A stretch of 64,000 nt of DNA from a virus (taxonomy: Duplodnaviria > Caudoviricetes), in IMG/VR virus record IMGVR_UViG_3300012041_000023, positions 6,159 through 70,158 of that record; one strand, 5' to 3'. Positions 45,606 to 55,544 of this stretch are shown here, piece after piece (position 1 is the stretch's first letter; the number at the start of each line of letters is the position of its first letter). Under the pieces are notes generated by a model. It searched no databases. It saw only the letters and a program-made list of their open reading frames with translations, and was not told the origin of the DNA. The position numbers and the translations under genes are program-made.

Positions 45606-46313
45606 ATGGCAGATTCCACGCAACTCACCCTCTTCCCTTCCCTCGTTGGTCAACGGTTTGGCAGCCGCGTCGTCGTAGACCTCGCACCTCGCCAGAAGTC
45701 GCGTGAGCGCGCCGTCGTTCAATGCGACTGCGGCAAGTCGGACGAAATCGACGTTCGCAGACTGTTGGCAGGGAGCGCTCCGCGGTGTCGAAACTGCGCT
45801 GCCAAGAGCAAGCCAATGCTGCACGGTGGGTACCGCGATGGGAAGGCATCTCCGGAATACAGTTCCTGGCGGGCGATGCTGAAGCGAACCGAAAACCCCA
45901 ACCATGAAGCCTATGAACGCTATGCTGGACGGGGAATCCACGTCTGCCCGGAATGGCACGACTTCAAGGTGTTTCTTCGCGATGTCGGACCTCGACCGAG
46001 TCTTGAGTATTCGCTTGAACGGATCGATAATTCGCTTGGCTACCATCCAAGCAATGTCAAGTGGGCCACATCGGCTGAACAAAATAACAACACCCGATCT
46101 AATCGCCTCCTTGAACTCAACGGACGGACGCAGACACTTGTCCAATGGGCGCGCGAACTCGGAGCAATACCAGAGACGATCACGCAACGATTAAAACATG
46201 GGTGGTCTGTCAAGCGCGCACTGACCACCCCCGTGCGACCCATAAAGCGCCAGGTGCCTCAACCACCAAAGTCTACAACCCAAACCGTACCGGATATCCC
46301 AACGCCTATGTGA
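45606..46313 (+). CDS. HNH endonuclease (YxGRGI subtype), antisense
   Basis: SWRAMLKR...YAGRGIHVCPEW...SLERIDNSLGYHPSNVKWAT..EQNNN. Confidence 0.88.
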   Translation: MADSTQLTLFPSLVGQRFGSRVVVDLAPRQKSRERAVVQCDCGKSDEIDVRRLLAGSAPRCRNCAAKSKPMLHGGYRDGKASPEYSSWRAMLKRTENPNHEAYERYAGRGIHVCPEWHDFKVFLRDVGPRPSLEYSLERIDNSLGYHPSNVKWATSAEQNNNTRSNRLLELNGRTQTLVQWARELGAIPETITQRLKHGWSVKRALTTPVRPIKRQVPQPPKSTTQTVPDIPTPM

Positions 46314-48661
46314 GTAAAGGCAGGGTTGAGCACGTTCGCGGCATGTCCGGAACTGCCCATCCACGCTCGCATGACAGCCTCGGCCGAACTAAATCCGCGG
46401 GCGATGTTCTCGCCCAGTGTCCTCCCCGTGTATCCCGCCGCCGCGATCCGCTGCCATGGAGTGCCGCCGTCCGGTGACGTGTGGCTGAAGAAACCCTCCT
46501 TGGCCATCCGCTCGGCGTAGTCTTGCGCGGCCTTTCTCAACTGCGCCTGATCTGCTAGAGGTCCGGCTGCCGCTGCCGCCTCCCCTTCGCGGGTTAGCGA
46601 CATCTCGCGTGGGGATACCTGCCCCGTCCACGGCTCGCCGATCTCCCCCTCTTCCGCTGCCATCCCCATCGCCGCCAGCGGCGGAAACACGGCTCCTTGG
46701 CGTAGATCGTTGTGGATCCTGATTATCTCTCTCACCGCCTCTGGAAGATCCCCGGGCGGCGGCTCGACCGGCGGCACCGGCGTATCCCCCGCCACCATCG
46801 CCTCCGCTATCGCCGTGCGACCGTCCGTCGTGCGCGCCAAGACGCTGATCCTGACCGGCCGCTCGCTGCAAACGCCCGAGAAGGTGGCCCCCTTCCCACT
46901 GCTCGGCACGGCGACCAGGCTGACCGTCAGCTCGGACGCGGGCGGTGGGATCGGCGGCACCGGGGGATCGGGTGGCACGGGCGGCGTGCTCCCCGTCCGC
47001 GTGAACACGAGCGGATTGGAGAGGAGGCTCCCGTTCCTCACCCTCACCTCTCCCGTCACCACGTCGGCCGGCATGTTCCAGCTCACCTCGGTATCCGTCC
47101 CCCCAGGTGGTGAGAGCCGCCGCGCCCCGTCCGGCACCGGGACCAGCACCTCCGGCCCGCTGCCGAACCGCTCCCCCGTCGCCGTGACGCGGACGCCAGG
47201 AGCCCCGCTGATGGGCACCAGAGCCCGAAGGACGGGCCTGTCGCCCGTTGGTGGGGGGATCGGCGGGATCGGGGGAATGGGAGGCGTGGGTGACGTGCCG
47301 GTCGGCGGCTCGGTGAGACTGCTCCCCGTTCCCGGCAGCGGTCCGCTGCTGCAGTCCGAGAGGATCACGCCGCGGTTGGTGCTGCCGACGACCTGGCAGT
47401 GCACGAGCTTGTTGCTGGCGTGGTCCCCCGCCCCGGCGTAGAACAGCGCCACGTCACCCTTGATGATGCAGTCCCGCCAGGTGTTCCGCTCCAGCCGCCC
47501 GGCCGGCGCATACTCCTGCCCCTCCACGGCGCCCGCCTCGGATCCCGAGAAGGTGCAGTGGTCAAACTGGTTATCGCTGCAGACCGGATTGCTGTCTGGG
47601 TTCCCGTCACTACTCGCCAGGATGTCTTTCCCGTTATCGCGAAAGACACAGTTTCTGAAGACGTGGTTTTTGCCCGAAAGTTGGACACCCGCGTGCGGAA
47701 CCTTGTGCGCGTCCACGGCGGTGGACTTGGCCGCGTCCGCCAACCAGCAGTCTTCGACGAGCAGGCCGTTGACGTTGCGCTTCAGGGTGAGGAGAGAGCC
47801 GCCCATGGCGTGGCCGTAGCACCTGCGCAGGACGATCTTCCCCGCAACGCCGTCGAGCATGATGATCCCCGAATGTCCGCCGTAGGAGAAATTGAGGCCC
47901 TCGAGCCGCAGGTTCCCCACGCGCGAGACGTGGATACAGTCCTCATAATGCCCCTCCCAGCTCCCCGCGCCCTGTACCACGCAGCCCACCATCGAGGCGT
48001 CGGAGAGCCCCACCAACCACACGGCCGTCGAGCCGCAGAAGGTGAAGCGGCAGCCCTTGAAGTGGATGCCCGTTCCCCCGTTGGTCGCGACCGCGTGCTT
48101 GTGCCCGCGCGTCACGATGCCCTCCACGTTGACGTGAGAGCGGCCGTTGAGGTTGATCGCGACTTCCGTGATAGCGGCGAACAGCGGCTCGGCCTGGGGC
48201 GTTGAGGGGATCGCGTTCAGGCGCAGGCTGCCGCCAGCCCACTTGAACTCGGCGGGGGTGCCGTGAAGGTCGAGCCGCGGGTTGCTGCCGTACTGGTTGA
48301 AGTCCCGGTTATTGAAGTTCGCGCGCTTCCCGTCACTCTCGAAGGTGCGTTGAAAGACGTTGAAAGCGAGGCGGGAGAACGGCGTCTGGAAGCCCTTCGC
48401 AATGCGCGTCCAGCCGAGGCCGTCAATCCGCACGCTGCCGTCCACGGTCACGGTGCCGGGCTCCTTGGCGCGCAGGGTGATCGGCGCGGCGGCGGTCCCC
48501 GAGGGCGGCGCGAAGGTGCCGGTGATGGTGCCGGGGAGGGCCGTCAGCGTGTCGCCGGGCTTGAGGCGCGTGGAGTTCGCCAGCGACTTCCAGGCGGTGG
48601 CTTCGCTCGTGCCGCTGGCGGTGTCACTCCCTCGCGCTCCGTCCACAAAATAGTCAGGCAT
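46259..48661 (-). CDS. beta-helix (polysaccharide-lyase-like) + IPT/TIG + CAP/SCP multidomain protein
   Basis: YFVDGARGSD..SGTS...WKSL; IPT-like PISGAPGVRVTATGERFG; CAP motifs FFSHTSP, GENIA, WMGSSGH.AN, IGVG. Confidence 0.8.
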   Translation of the reverse strand: MPDYFVDGARGSDTASGTSEATAWKSLANSTRLKPGDTLTALPGTITGTFAPPSGTAAAPITLRAKEPGTVTVDGSVRIDGLGWTRIAKGFQTPFSRLAFNVFQRTFESDGKRANFNNRDFNQYGSNPRLDLHGTPAEFKWAGGSLRLNAIPSTPQAEPLFAAITEVAINLNGRSHVNVEGIVTRGHKHAVATNGGTGIHFKGCRFTFCGSTAVWLVGLSDASMVGCVVQGAGSWEGHYEDCIHVSRVGNLRLEGLNFSYGGHSGIIMLDGVAGKIVLRRCYGHAMGGSLLTLKRNVNGLLVEDCWLADAAKSTAVDAHKVPHAGVQLSGKNHVFRNCVFRDNGKDILASSDGNPDSNPVCSDNQFDHCTFSGSEAGAVEGQEYAPAGRLERNTWRDCIIKGDVALFYAGAGDHASNKLVHCQVVGSTNRGVILSDCSSGPLPGTGSSLTEPPTGTSPTPPIPPIPPIPPPTGDRPVLRALVPISGAPGVRVTATGERFGSGPEVLVPVPDGARRLSPPGGTDTEVSWNMPADVVTGEVRVRNGSLLSNPLVFTRTGSTPPVPPDPPVPPIPPPASELTVSLVAVPSSGKGATFSGVCSERPVRISVLARTTDGRTAIAEAMVAGDTPVPPVEPPPGDLPEAVREIIRIHNDLRQGAVFPPLAAMGMAAEEGEIGEPWTGQVSPREMSLTREGEAAAAAGPLADQAQLRKAAQDYAERMAKEGFFSHTSPDGGTPWQRIAAAGYTGRTLGENIARGFSSAEAVMRAWMGSSGHAANVLNPAFTHIGVGISGTVWVVDFGG

Positions 48662-48687
48662 CTTTTTTCATTCCTCCCGGATCCCAC

Positions 48688-48716
48688 TTGACAATCTGTT
48701 GCGCGTGCACTATAAT
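48688..48716 (+). promoter_or_regulatory. consensus sigma70 promoter of a plus-strand island
   Basis: Perfect TTGACA-17 nt-TATAAT. Confidence 0.85.
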
Positions 48717-48730
48717 AAGAGTGTAAGCAG

Positions 48731-49027
48731 ATGAAGGCCGACGACGACAAGGAGACGACGATGATCCACTTTACCCACATGCCGACCGCCGAGGAGTTAT
48801 TCACCGAGCGCAGTATCGCGGTCGGCACCTTCGAGTATCCCGTCCGCGAAGCCTTCCGCGTTGACGGCGAACTGGACGAAGGCGCTTATGCCGATGCCTG
48901 CGCCGACACAGAGATTGAAGTCCACTTCGCTGTCGCCGAAGCGCTCAACAATCACGGCATCGACACCACCAACTTTGAGGTGCGCCTGTCCGAGTTCACG
49001 CCCGGCGAGATTCGCCTCTATGCCTGA
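48731..49027 (+). CDS. acidic hypothetical protein
   Basis: First ORF after the promoter; AAGGAG precedes an internal ATG. Confidence 0.5.
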   Translation: MKADDDKETTMIHFTHMPTAEELFTERSIAVGTFEYPVREAFRVDGELDEGAYADACADTEIEVHFAVAEALNNHGIDTTNFEVRLSEFTPGEIRLYA

Positions 49028-49038
49028 CGAGAGACACG

Positions 49039-49275
49039 ATGCCCAAACCCGAAAACCTGCTGGAGCTAGACCAAACCGCGACCGGCCTTTGCAGCGACCC
49101 CTGGAATGAGGACGTGCTCGCCGCTCTCCAGGGAGAACGCGATTGGGCTGAGCCCTATGCCCAGGCCGGCCACGGCGAGTATATTGCAAACACCGAGGCG
49201 ATGGCGGAATGGTGCCGCCGCTATCACCTCACGCCCGACCAGGCCCGGCAGGATGTGGTCTGGGTGTTTCGCTGA
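49039..49275 (+). CDS. hypothetical protein
   Basis: 78-aa ORF in the island. Confidence 0.5.
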   Translation: MPKPENLLELDQTATGLCSDPWNEDVLAALQGERDWAEPYAQAGHGEYIANTEAMAEWCRRYHLTPDQARQDVVWVFR

Positions 49276-49472
49276 TGCCTGACACCCTCCTATTGACCGT
49301 CGCCCAGGCCGCCCTCCGCCTGGGCGTCTCCCCCGCTCGCGTGCGCGTGTGGCTCGCCGAGGGCCGCGTGAAAGGCGAGCGCGTCGGCCGCGATTGGGTC
49401 GTGCGCGCCGAGGGGCTCACGCGCCCCATCCCGAAGCCCGCCGGCCGCAAGTCGAAAGGAACCCCGCCATGA
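49275..49472 (+). CDS. excisionase-like HTH (HTH_17)
   Basis: LLTVAQAALRLGVSPARVRVWLAEGRVKGERVGRDWVV. Confidence 0.75.
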   Translation: MPDTLLLTVAQAALRLGVSPARVRVWLAEGRVKGERVGRDWVVRAEGLTRPIPKPAGRKSKGTPP

Positions 49473-49587
49473 TCCACCACCGCCGCGTTGAAAACTTCTA
49501 CCTGAACCAGCGCCCCGAGCAGCCCCGCGACCCCCAGAAGGAATTGCAGACCGCGCGCGAACTGGCGCAACTGACCCGCCGCCAGGG

Positions 49588-49955
49588 CCGCCACGAAGAC
49601 GCCCGCTATTGGGAGCAGCGCGCGGCTCACCTGGAATCGAGGTCTAATCTCTCACGAGCGTCCCGGCTGGGGCGCACTCCCTCCCACGAAAGGATACGAT
49701 GATGAAGACCGAAATCATTCAGCACTACATGACCAACGAACGCTTTACGATCCTGCGCGACGGCGAGCACGAGGGTTGGCGTGGCTATCTGCGGCTTCGT
49801 GACCGCCTCGGTCGTGAGTTCTGGGCGTCCAAGCGCAATGTCGCCTTCAATTCAACGCCGGTGCAATCGAAGCGATGAACTCCCCGCCCCCTGACCGGGG
49901 CGCCCTCCGCCACGAAGACGCCCGCTATTGGGAGCAGCGCGCGGCGCACCTAGAA
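49588..49955. repeat. 49-bp direct repeat, 2 mismatches (49588-49636 and 49907-49955)
   Basis: CCGCCACGAAGACGCCCGCTATTGGGAGCAGCGCGCGG identical in both copies. Confidence 0.85.
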
Positions 49956-49998
49956 GCACAAGCCCTGGCCCCTACATCACCCGCCGCGGCACCGCCAC

Positions 49999-51987
49999 CT
50001 AGGGCATAACCTCCACGACTATGTGAAACGTCACGACGCCCTGCGTGCAGGCGTTGGTATCGGCCGTCGTTGTTGTGAGACGCGCCTTGAGCGCCGTCGT
50101 GCCCGTCCACGAAGGCAGATCGCCGCCCTGGATCGCCGTGGCGCGAGCGAGTGACGTGCCAAGGTCCGCATCCGCCAGCCCCTTCGTCACCGCGGCCGTG
50201 AACACGTCGAAGTCGAGGAGGTATTCCTCGCCGCCCGTCGTCTTGCCGAAGCGCAAAACCGCCGCCGAGACCGCGCCCCCGAGGAAGGTCGTCGTCACGT
50301 CGGCTACGACGCTCACAACCTTGGCCTTTGCCGGCAGCGTGCAGACCGTGGCGTCGGCGGTCGTGGCGGCGGCAGCGAACTGGCGATAGTCCAGCGTGTA
50401 TTTCGCGACGACGCGGCGCACCTCGCCGGCGGAAGCGGTCGTGAACCCCGTGCCGCTCCCGGCCGTGGGTTGGGCGTCTACAATCTGGAAAGTTTTCAAT
50501 GTCTCGATACGAAAAGCATGTTCAACGATATGCGCTACGGGGTTGTTGACGAACAGGTCACCGTAAAAGGCCACTCCATCCCGAGCACCAAGCTGCAAAT
50601 CGCTGTTATCCGCCCCTACCCGAAACGATTCGTTGCTGGCCGGCGAGTACAGAGTCCCGGCAACTGTTAAGCCGGAAGGTCGCAGCCATTGTATCTTAAC
50701 GCCGCTGGGGATCTGGCGCACGACCGGATCTTCTACAGAAAGTCGCTCCAGAACGATTTTCGCAGCGGCCTGCTGCAGGAACCGCTCGGTCGGCCAGAGC
50801 GTGCCAACACCGGCATAATCGTCCGTGTTGCCCCACTTGCTAACCGCCCAATTGTAACTGCCAGCCACCATCTCCAACTCCGTCGTGGGATCCGTGATGG
50901 TGTTGTTCTCCAGCGCCAGCGAGCTGTTGACGGTATTCCCGGACATCACCGCCACATGGCCGTCCTGCAAGGTATTGCAGTGAATTTTGTAGTGTCCCGC
51001 TTTCCCCAGGATAATGGCGCGATTGGTCGTCGGGTCCGAGCCCGTCAGACGGCAGCCGGAAACCTCGGCGGTTGTAGGAGAGCTTGACCCACCGCCCGCC
51101 ACTCCACCAAAAACCACGGCCGGCTTGTTGCTCTCGGAGCGAAACCCGTAAACGCCAAAAGCGCCACTTTGCTCGAAAAGCAAATCGCACGTTAACGAAC
51201 CACTGGCGGATCCACCGTAAACCCAACTACAATCACTCTCGACGTTATCAAGCCCCACATCGCAGCCGCTGAAGCCGCAGTCATAAAACGCCGTATCGAG
51301 CGAGTTGGCCCCATAGATCGCGCAGCCTTTCCCGCAGGTATTGAAGATGGTCGAAAGAAAAACGATCTCCGAGGCGCTCTCACCCGTCGTCGGCGTGCCG
51401 ATCCGAATCCCTTCGTTAAAATTCCCCACGGTGAGCCGATCCAGCAACCCCGGCCCGGTGTCCGAGCCCGGATTCTGCGCCGTGATCTGAAGCCCGATGG
51501 TCGTCCCCTCTGCGACGTGGTTCTCGATTGAGAAGCGAGCAAACGTAAAATGGCCCAAATGCCGAGCCAGTAACATCGTGCCACTCGTGCTGCCAAACCA
51601 CATCAGGCGCGTCGAGGAACCGGAATCACCCAGGATCGACGCATGAAAAGGAGCAGCCGCTCGCTCAAAAACAAGTGTATCCGTGATCTTGTAGTCACCG
51701 GCCGGAATGTAAACCGTGCCCCCCTGCCCGCTTGCGGATGGGATGGCATCAAAAGCGGCCTGGATTGCCGCCGTGTCGTCGGCTACCCCGTCCCCGACCG
51801 CGCCGAAATCCTTGACGGAAAGCCGTTCCCCAGCCTTTGCGGCGAGCGTGCGCGCCACCGCGCCCGTTTCCGCGCGCTGGTAGCCGACAAGCGCCGCGCC
51901 GCCCGTCGCCGCGAGCGTCGCGAGATCGGTGTCCGCGCCGCCGCCACTGCCGCCGCTCCCTGGCCGGGTGGGTGTCTGGTAGGGCAT
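49999..51987 (-). CDS. tailspike-like beta-helix protein (pectate-lyase-like)
   Basis: [22 protein letters not shown]...[11 protein letters not shown]. Confidence 0.8.
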   Translation of the reverse strand: MPYQTPTRPGSGGSGGGADTDLATLAATGGAALVGYQRAETGAVARTLAAKAGERLSVKDFGAVGDGVADDTAAIQAAFDAIPSASGQGGTVYIPAGDYKITDTLVFERAAAPFHASILGDSGSSTRLMWFGSTSGTMLLARHLGHFTFARFSIENHVAEGTTIGLQITAQNPGSDTGPGLLDRLTVGNFNEGIRIGTPTTGESASEIVFLSTIFNTCGKGCAIYGANSLDTAFYDCGFSGCDVGLDNVESDCSWVYGGSASGSLTCDLLFEQSGAFGVYGFRSESNKPAVVFGGVAGGGSSSPTTAEVSGCRLTGSDPTTNRAIILGKAGHYKIHCNTLQDGHVAVMSGNTVNSSLALENNTITDPTTELEMVAGSYNWAVSKWGNTDDYAGVGTLWPTERFLQQAAAKIVLERLSVEDPVVRQIPSGVKIQWLRPSGLTVAGTLYSPASNESFRVGADNSDLQLGARDGVAFYGDLFVNNPVAHIVEHAFRIETLKTFQIVDAQPTAGSGTGFTTASAGEVRRVVAKYTLDYRQFAAAATTADATVCTLPAKAKVVSVVADVTTTFLGGAVSAAVLRFGKTTGGEEYLLDFDVFTAAVTKGLADADLGTSLARATAIQGGDLPSWTGTTALKARLTTTTADTNACTQGVVTFHIVVEVMP

Positions 51988-52265
51988 CAGGGCACCCCCT
52001 GCACGGAATAGGCCGGCGTCCCCGCGGAGATCAACCGCACGCGCCTGGTCGGCACCCGGTGGTAGTAGACCTCGCTCACAGGCACGTAAAGGGTGTTATC
52101 CCCCGCCACGGTGGGCACCGGGCCGTCAAAGGTCACGTAGATCACAGAGCTCGCGTCGTGGTTGATAACCTCCACACCCTGCTCATGCGCCGTGAGGTTG
52201 ACGGTGTCCACCACCCCGGCGCCGAGCGTGGCGTGCTTGCTGCGTGAGACTGTGTAGCTAGCCAA
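51987..52265 (-). CDS. 92-aa cassette leader/adaptor protein, copy 1
   Basis: MASYTV...PTVAGDN...[12 protein letters not shown]; TGATG coupling. Confidence 0.75.
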   Translation of the reverse strand: MASYTVSRSKHATLGAGVVDTVNLTAHEQGVEVINHDASSVIYVTFDGPVPTVAGDNTLYVPVSEVYYHRVPTRRVRLISAGTPAYSVQGVP

Positions 52266-52289
52266 TTGCTTGCCTTCCTTCCGCCACCG

Positions 52290-54557
52290 TCATGTTGCCG
52301 TCCATCCAGCGCCGACGAGATTCGTGGCCACCCACTCAGTATCATTGATCGCCACCAGAGTCACGCTGTCCCCGATGGTGGTGGAGTCGATGTGACCCGC
52401 CGTGCCGCTCACACTCGCGGCAATACGGATCGTGTCCCCCGCCGCCGCCGTGACACGGATCCCGTCCGCGTCCTGCACCACGAAGGAATACTCCAGTCCC
52501 GCCACCGCCGTGGGCAGGGTGTGATAGTTGGCTGCGGTCGTGCCCTCGTTCGTCAGCACCTTGCGCACCTCGGCCGCGAGCAGCACGTTCGGCGCGCCCA
52601 CCCCCGCGGTGTTGGCCTCCACGGGCAGCACGAGCGTGCCCCCGAAGGGCTCCCAGTCGCCCGGCGTCCCCGCCCCCGTGCACATCCAGCCCGCGCTGCC
52701 TCCCGCTACAGGGTCCACGTTCCACACGATGTCCCCCACGATGTGCGCGCCCGCGACCGGCGCCGCCGTCCCCACGCCCCAGAAGCGGCGGGTGGTATCG
52801 TTCCCCAGGTAGAACCCGAAGGGGATGGCCAGATACCCCGCCCCCACATCGGCCGCCTCACCGCTCATCATGAACGGCACCCGCGTGCTCTGCAGGTTGT
52901 GGATCCACGACCACCAGCCCGTGGCGATCCACCCGTAGTTGAGGCGATAGGCCGGCGTCGGCCAGCCCGACTCATCCCCCGAGGACAATCCGAACGCCGT
53001 CTTGGCGTCGTCGTTCGCGCCCAGGAATCCCGCCACGGTGTTCGCGCCGTCGTCTTCGCCGATGCGTGTGGCCCCGAGCGTGCGCCGGAAGCGGATCGCG
53101 GAGACGTCCGCGGCGTGGGGGACGTTCCCGGCCTGGAGGACGAGCCCCTCCGTCTCGGTGCTGATCCCCGCGCCGTGGTCGCCGCCCATGATCTGGGAGT
53201 TCTGCCCGAAGCGCGAAGCCGGCTGCCCGCCTTCCGAGTAGCAGGAGAGCCAGGTGTTCCACCCCAGCACCGAGGGCGCGATGTAGGCCCCCTGCGCGTT
53301 GTAGGCGGTGTGGCAGCCCACGTAATGGTTGCCGAGGAACCCTTCCTCCCAGACGCCCGCGCCCTTGTTATTCGAGAAGTCGCAGCCGGTGACGGTGCCG
53401 TTGTTGGAGTTCACGCCCCGCGCGAAGAAGCCGTGTCCGTGGCAGAAGTAGGCGCCCGAGCGGTGCACCGCGAAATTGTTGGCGTTGGTGTCCTGCGAAG
53501 CGAGCCCCTTCGCCTCGGTGTCGAAGTGGAAGCCGTTCCCGCCGAACCCTGTCACGAACACCCCGTCGAGACGGCAGGAGACGTAGCTCTGCACGCCGTG
53601 GTAGACATTGGCGCGGTAGACCGCCCCCGTCTGCGTGCCGATCCCGAGCAGGATGAACTGGCCTTCGCTCGTCGTCTCCTCGGCGTAGACGGAGTTTAGC
53701 GTGAGCGAGAGCCCGTCCACCGCCACGGCGCTGATGGTGTGCGCCTCGCCGTTGATGGTGACACTCGCTCCCACCCACGCTTCCTGAAAGGGCGCCGCGC
53801 TCCCCGTCGTCACGGTGGCCGAGTTGTTCGTGGCGGTGACGACGGTGCGCCAGGGATGGACGGTCAACTCCTCGTCGTCCGCGATCTCGTCCACGACGTA
53901 GGTGGCCGAGCCGATCAGGATGGTGATGAGCCCGCCCCAGTGGGTGGGGCCGGTGCTCACGTTGAACTTCGTGCCGCTCACCCACGTCACCGTGAGCCCC
54001 GAGGTGTTGACGGTGCCCACCGTGCCGGACGCCGACCCCTGGATGGCGACGTTCCGCAGCGTGGCCCAGGACGCCGAGACCTCGTTGTCCACCAGCGTGT
54101 GGTCGTCGTGGAGCACGACGCCCTTCGTGTTGGCGGGGAAGGAGAGCACCGCGGCGGCGAATCTATCATCGCCCGCCGGTCCCTGGAGGGTGAGGGGGCG
54201 CGTGATGTGGAGCGTCCCCGACAACAGGTAGTTCTTCGCGCCGAGCATGAGCGTGCGCCCGCGCGTGTAGGCGCCGCCCACGCCGTGGTAGCCGGCGGCG
54301 GTCATCGCCGCAATCGCCTCATTGAACGCCGCCAGGTCATCCGTCACCCCGTCGCCCACCGCCCCGAAATCCTCCACGCTCCAGAACTCGCGCAGCTTGT
54401 CCTCCACCGCCTGGGACGCCGCACCCGCCTCCGCGCGCGCGTAGCCGATGAGGGAGGAGCCGGCGTCCGCGGCGAGCGTCGCGTATGTCGCGTCGCCCGA
54501 GCCGGCGCTGCTGCCAACAACAACCGGTGAGCCATTGGTGGGCGAGACGTAGGGCAT
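52290..54557 (-). CDS. tailspike-like beta-helix protein with the shared ~110-aa C-terminal domain
   Basis: [19 protein letters not shown]; C-terminal [14 protein letters not shown]...TNEGTT..NYHTLP. Confidence 0.8.
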   Translation of the reverse strand: MPYVSPTNGSPVVVGSSAGSGDATYATLAADAGSSLIGYARAEAGAASQAVEDKLREFWSVEDFGAVGDGVTDDLAAFNEAIAAMTAAGYHGVGGAYTRGRTLMLGAKNYLLSGTLHITRPLTLQGPAGDDRFAAAVLSFPANTKGVVLHDDHTLVDNEVSASWATLRNVAIQGSASGTVGTVNTSGLTVTWVSGTKFNVSTGPTHWGGLITILIGSATYVVDEIADDEELTVHPWRTVVTATNNSATVTTGSAAPFQEAWVGASVTINGEAHTISAVAVDGLSLTLNSVYAEETTSEGQFILLGIGTQTGAVYRANVYHGVQSYVSCRLDGVFVTGFGGNGFHFDTEAKGLASQDTNANNFAVHRSGAYFCHGHGFFARGVNSNNGTVTGCDFSNNKGAGVWEEGFLGNHYVGCHTAYNAQGAYIAPSVLGWNTWLSCYSEGGQPASRFGQNSQIMGGDHGAGISTETEGLVLQAGNVPHAADVSAIRFRRTLGATRIGEDDGANTVAGFLGANDDAKTAFGLSSGDESGWPTPAYRLNYGWIATGWWSWIHNLQSTRVPFMMSGEAADVGAGYLAIPFGFYLGNDTTRRFWGVGTAAPVAGAHIVGDIVWNVDPVAGGSAGWMCTGAGTPGDWEPFGGTLVLPVEANTAGVGAPNVLLAAEVRKVLTNEGTTAANYHTLPTAVAGLEYSFVVQDADGIRVTAAAGDTIRIAASVSGTAGHIDSTTIGDSVTLVAINDTEWVATNLVGAGWTAT

Positions 54558-54558
54558 C

Positions 54559-55242
54559 CTAGGCTACCTCCATCGCCAGGACTGGCTGCGCGGTCACGAC
54601 GGGCCGCTCGACGTCGAAGAGGGGCATTACTTCTTGGCTGAGTCTTTTGGCAGCGATCTCGCAGTAACGTTCCTCGATTTCCACCCCCACCGCACGTCGG
54701 CCGAGTTGCTTGGCGGCCACGAGTGTCGTGCCGCTGCCCATGAAGGGATCGAGGACCGTGTGCCCCGCATCAGTCGCCTGCTCCACCAGCCAGGAAAACA
54801 GCTTGAGTGGCTTCGGGCATGGGTGCTCCTCCGTGTCTTTTTGCGGCTTCGCGCTCGTGGGCGGAGGTAAATAGTAAAAATCCTGGTAGATTCGCCGCTT
54901 CCCCCACATCAGCACCGGCTCCCAGCAGTTGAAGCCGCCCAGACCGCTGCGCCCTGTCGAGCCAGGCTTGGCCCAACACAACATCCACGTCGGAGGCGGG
55001 TAAATCCCCACGTTGCAAATCCCCGGCGTCAGCAAGACGAGCGGCGCCGCCTCACGCATCAGCGCAAAGATCGGCGTGATCCAAGCCCGATAGCCGGTCT
55101 CATCGTCCTCGTAGGCTGCGCCGTACTTGAAGCCCACACCGTAGGGCGGATCGGTAAGCACTACGTCGCCCGCGAGGCCCGGCAGCACCTCCCGCGCATC
55201 GCCGTGATAGATGGTGATTCCCCCGTGCTCGTAGTAGGGCAT
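54559..55242 (-). CDS. N4/N6 DNA methyltransferase inserted in the tail array
   Basis: TDPPYG, HPCPKP and DPFMGSGTT motifs; starts MPYYEHGG. Confidence 0.9.
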   Translation of the reverse strand: MPYYEHGGITIYHGDAREVLPGLAGDVVLTDPPYGVGFKYGAAYEDDETGYRAWITPIFALMREAAPLVLLTPGICNVGIYPPPTWMLCWAKPGSTGRSGLGGFNCWEPVLMWGKRRIYQDFYYLPPPTSAKPQKDTEEHPCPKPLKLFSWLVEQATDAGHTVLDPFMGSGTTLVAAKQLGRRAVGVEIEERYCEIAAKRLSQEVMPLFDVERPVVTAQPVLAMEVA

Positions 55243-55520
55243 CAGGCTACCCCCTGCACCGAGTAGGCCGCGTTCCCCGACGAGATCAGCTTCACCAGCG
55301 TTCCGGGCACGCGATGATAGTAGGTCTCCCCGGGCGCCACGTAGTAGGTGTTGTCGCCCGCCACGGTGGGCGTCGTGGTGTCGAAGCGCACGTAGATGGC
55401 ATCCGTATCGGAGCGGTTGCGCACCTCCACCCCTTTCTCGTGCCGAGCGATGGTTACCGTGTCGTGGGTGTTCGCCACCAGTGTGGCGTGCTTGCATCTG
55501 GGCACCGTATAACTAGCCAA
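55242..55520 (-). CDS. 92-aa cassette leader/adaptor protein, copy 2
   Basis: Paralog of 51987..52265 and 60504..60782. Confidence 0.75.
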   Translation of the reverse strand: MASYTVPRCKHATLVANTHDTVTIARHEKGVEVRNRSDTDAIYVRFDTTTPTVAGDNTYYVAPGETYYHRVPGTLVKLISSGNAAYSVQGVA

Positions 55521-55544
55521 CTGCTTCTCCTCTCGGGCCTCCTG

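Noticed and set aside
22651-55242. Restriction-modification system
   Set aside because: Both methyltransferases are orphans with no adjacent restriction endonuclease, which is typical phage self-protection.
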